39,023 bases of DNA from Candidatus Micrarchaeota archaeon (GTDB lineage: Archaea; Micrarchaeota; Micrarchaeia; Norongarragalinales; SBBD01). Shown here piece by piece: positions 36,941-39,023 of this stretch. Both the position numbers and the translations under genes were made by a program. Positions within the stretch are counted from its first letter, which is position 1. The number at the start of each line of letters is the position of its first letter. The notes under the pieces are model-generated. The model was not told where the DNA came from and made no database searches. It saw only the letters and a list, made by a program, of their open reading frames with translations. The DNA is taken from NCBI GenBank assembly GCA_043813365.1, contig JBDRLB010000062.1, forward strand, positions 1 through 39,023, given 5' to 3'.

Positions 36941-37600
36941 ATGGGTGCGATGAAGGTTTCGATGTGGGCGCTGATTGTAGCAGCGTTCGTGATCGCATTT
37001 TATTTCTACCCGCTTGTGCCGGATAAGGTCGCTTCACATTGGGGCGCTGCCGGCGAGGTCAATGGCTATTCCGACAAGCTGGTCGGGCTTTTCCTACTCC
37101 CTTGCATAATGTTGTTCATCGTGGTGCTTTTCTGGGTAATCCCGAAAATCGACCCTTTAAGGTTCAATTATCCGAAGTTCCGGGAATTCTACGACCGCTT
37201 CCTTGCGGTGCTGATCGCATTCATGTTCTATCTCCACCTTCTGACGGTTTATTGGAACACCGGCAATACGTTCAACATGTCGCAGGCGCTTGTGCCGGCA
37301 TTTGCAGTGTTATTCTTTTACTCCGGAACCCTCATCGGCGCAGCAAAGAGGAACTGGTTCGTGGGAATACGCACGCCCTGGACACTTAGCAGCGAATCGG
37401 TGTGGAAAAAGACGCATGATGTTGGTGGACGGCTATTCAAGGCATGCGGAGTCATCGCCCTGCTGGGCCTGATTTTTCCGGAAGAGGCGATATGGTTCAT
37501 GATTGTGCCCGTCCTTGCAAGCAGCGCGTACACCTTCATCTATTCCTACCTCGAATACAGGAAGGAGAATGGTGGCGGGAAAGGAGAAAGCGGAAAATAG
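36941..37600 (+). CDS. SdpI/DUF1648 family membrane protein
   Basis: PDKVASHWG..GEVNG and NWFVGIRTPWTLSSESVWKKTH motifs. Confidence 0.9.
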   Translation: MGAMKVSMWALIVAAFVIAFYFYPLVPDKVASHWGAAGEVNGYSDKLVGLFLLPCIMLFIVVLFWVIPKIDPLRFNYPKFREFYDRFLAVLIAFMFYLHLLTVYWNTGNTFNMSQALVPAFAVLFFYSGTLIGAAKRNWFVGIRTPWTLSSESVWKKTHDVGGRLFKACGVIALLGLIFPEEAIWFMIVPVLASSAYTFIYSYLEYRKENGGGKGESGK

Positions 37601-37614
37601 GAATCAAGCCACTA

Positions 37615-38796
37615 TCATTTTATCGCTCCCAATTCCTTCCCAATTTTCTCGAATTTTTCAAGAGCGGAATTCAGGTCCTCCTTCTTCAGGCCGGCATTCA
37701 TCATTGTGCGGATCCGGGCTTTTCCTTGAGCAACCATCGGGAATACTATCGGGAGAGCGAAAATCCCCTCCTCCATCAGCCTGACCGAGAATTTCTGCGC
37801 AATAGCGCTCTCCCCAAGCATTACGGGGACAATGGGCGTCTCCGTTACCCCGGTGTCAAGCCCGATTTTCTTCAGCCCCTTCTTCCAATAGTTTGTATTG
37901 CTCCATAATTTTTTCACGTGCCTCGGCTCATTCTTCACAACATCCAAGGAGGCCATGCATGCTGCAGCAGTTGCAGGCGGGCATGAACCTGACAAAAGCC
38001 ACGTGCGGCTCTTGTTGTATGCGAATTCCTTCAATGCTTGCGTGCCGCTCACGTATCCCCCAACTACTCCGAACGCCTTGCTGAACGTTCCCATCTCGAT
38101 ATCCCATTTTCCTTCCAAATGGAAATGGTGCACTATGCCAATCCCATCCCCGAGAACACCATCTCCGTGCGCATCATCAACATAGGAAATCGCATTGTAC
38201 TCGCGGCAAAGGTGCGCAATCTTATCCAGCGGTGCAATGTCGCCGTCCATCGAAAAAACCCCGTCCGTAATTACCAAAATTCTCCGATATTTCCCCTGCG
38301 CTTCCTCCAGCAATTTCTTCAGCTCGTCCGTATTCTTATGGGGGAAGATTTTTCTTTCAGCTTTTGTAAGCCGCACGCCGTCGATGATGCTTCCATGGTT
38401 GAGCTCATCGGAAATCACCAAATCCCCTTCCCCTATCAATTGCGGTATCAGCCCCGCATTTGCCGCGAACCCCGTCTGGTAGTAAAGCGCGTCCTCGCTG
38501 CCCTTGAATTCAGCGATTTTTTTCTCCAATTGGAAGTGCAGATCCATGCTCCCTGCAATAGCCCTTACACTGCCGCTTCCGGCTCCGTGCGATTTAACTG
38601 CCGCTATCGATGCCTTCTTCAGTTTTGGGTTGTTGCTCAAATTTAGGTAATTGTTCGAGCACAGCATCAGCACGTCCTTCCCATCCACTTTCGCCCTCGG
38701 AACAGAGGGCCCCTGCAATTCCCGCAGCGTCCAGTTGAGGCTCTTTGCCTTCAGTTCATCAACATCGTTCTTCAGGAAGTCCAGGTAATGCGCCAT
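37615..38796 (-). CDS. kbl: PLP-dependent alpha-oxoamine synthase, probable glycine C-acetyltransferase (Kbl/BioF family)
   Basis: CSNNYL, DELNHGSIIDG, DGVFSMDGD, DDAHG, GTFSKAFG and ARIR. Confidence 0.85.
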   Translation of the reverse strand: MAHYLDFLKNDVDELKAKSLNWTLRELQGPSVPRAKVDGKDVLMLCSNNYLNLSNNPKLKKASIAAVKSHGAGSGSVRAIAGSMDLHFQLEKKIAEFKGSEDALYYQTGFAANAGLIPQLIGEGDLVISDELNHGSIIDGVRLTKAERKIFPHKNTDELKKLLEEAQGKYRRILVITDGVFSMDGDIAPLDKIAHLCREYNAISYVDDAHGDGVLGDGIGIVHHFHLEGKWDIEMGTFSKAFGVVGGYVSGTQALKEFAYNKSRTWLLSGSCPPATAAACMASLDVVKNEPRHVKKLWSNTNYWKKGLKKIGLDTGVTETPIVPVMLGESAIAQKFSVRLMEEGIFALPIVFPMVAQGKARIRTMMNAGLKKEDLNSALEKFEKIGKELGAIK

Positions 38797-38908
38797 ATCC
38801 CCACCTCGATGAAATCAGCAAGAAACTTACCCCTACTAACTTTTAAGCAATTGCGTTTCTGAATAGTATGCGGGGGATTTGGCGGATTTTGGGGTTTTAA
38901 TACCTTAG

Positions 38909-38948
38909 GCTGAGAAATCCGTCGCTTTCAAACGACGGATGAATCAGC
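38909..38948. mobile_element. Hairpin resembling an IS200/IS605-family subterminal end
   Basis: GCTGA-GAA-ATCCGTCG-CTTTCAAA-CGACGGAT-GAA-TCAGC. No transposase lies within the window. Confidence 0.4.
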
Positions 38949-38983
38949 ACATTTCTTTTTCTTCAGCGCGAGCGTTATTGATT

Positions 38984-39023
38984 CGGCGGCGAGGCCCCTT
39001 ACGGGGCCGTAGCTTCGCCGCCG
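38984..39023. repeat. Nested GC-rich palindrome (REP-like)
   Basis: CGGCGGCGA / GGCCCC-TTAC-GGGGCC / GTAGCT / TCGCCGCCG at the window edge. Confidence 0.5.

Overview
A gene-dense archaeal housekeeping region. Evidence: class I CCA-adding enzyme, RFC large subunit, Mre11, HerA, DUF2070, DUF359, archaeal-type AspRS, TATA-like promoters and a BHB-type tRNA intron. The compact layout suggests a DPANN, possibly Micrarchaeota-like, genome, but that is inference. The window also carries topA, grpE-dnaK with an HTH regulator, YchF, a cupin-type glucose-6-phosphate isomerase, and an upper mevalonate cluster (HMG-CoA synthase, thiolase, DUF35, class II HMG-CoA reductase). Five items stand out. (1) A tRNA-Arg(TCT) interrupted in the T-loop by a 97-nt, multi-hairpin intron. 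(2) About 330 nt of non-coding DNA made of tandem hairpins with G-T pairs on one strand, lying between a broken methyltransferase and cca. (3) A methyltransferase resembling eukaryotic Bud23/WBSCR22 along its full length. (4) Two unannotated paralog pairs, one interleaved in the mevalonate operon and one GNAT-like. (5) A tiny hyperacidic peptide. An IS200/IS605-like hairpin lies at the right edge. All family calls come from motif recognition by eye; no database searches were run.
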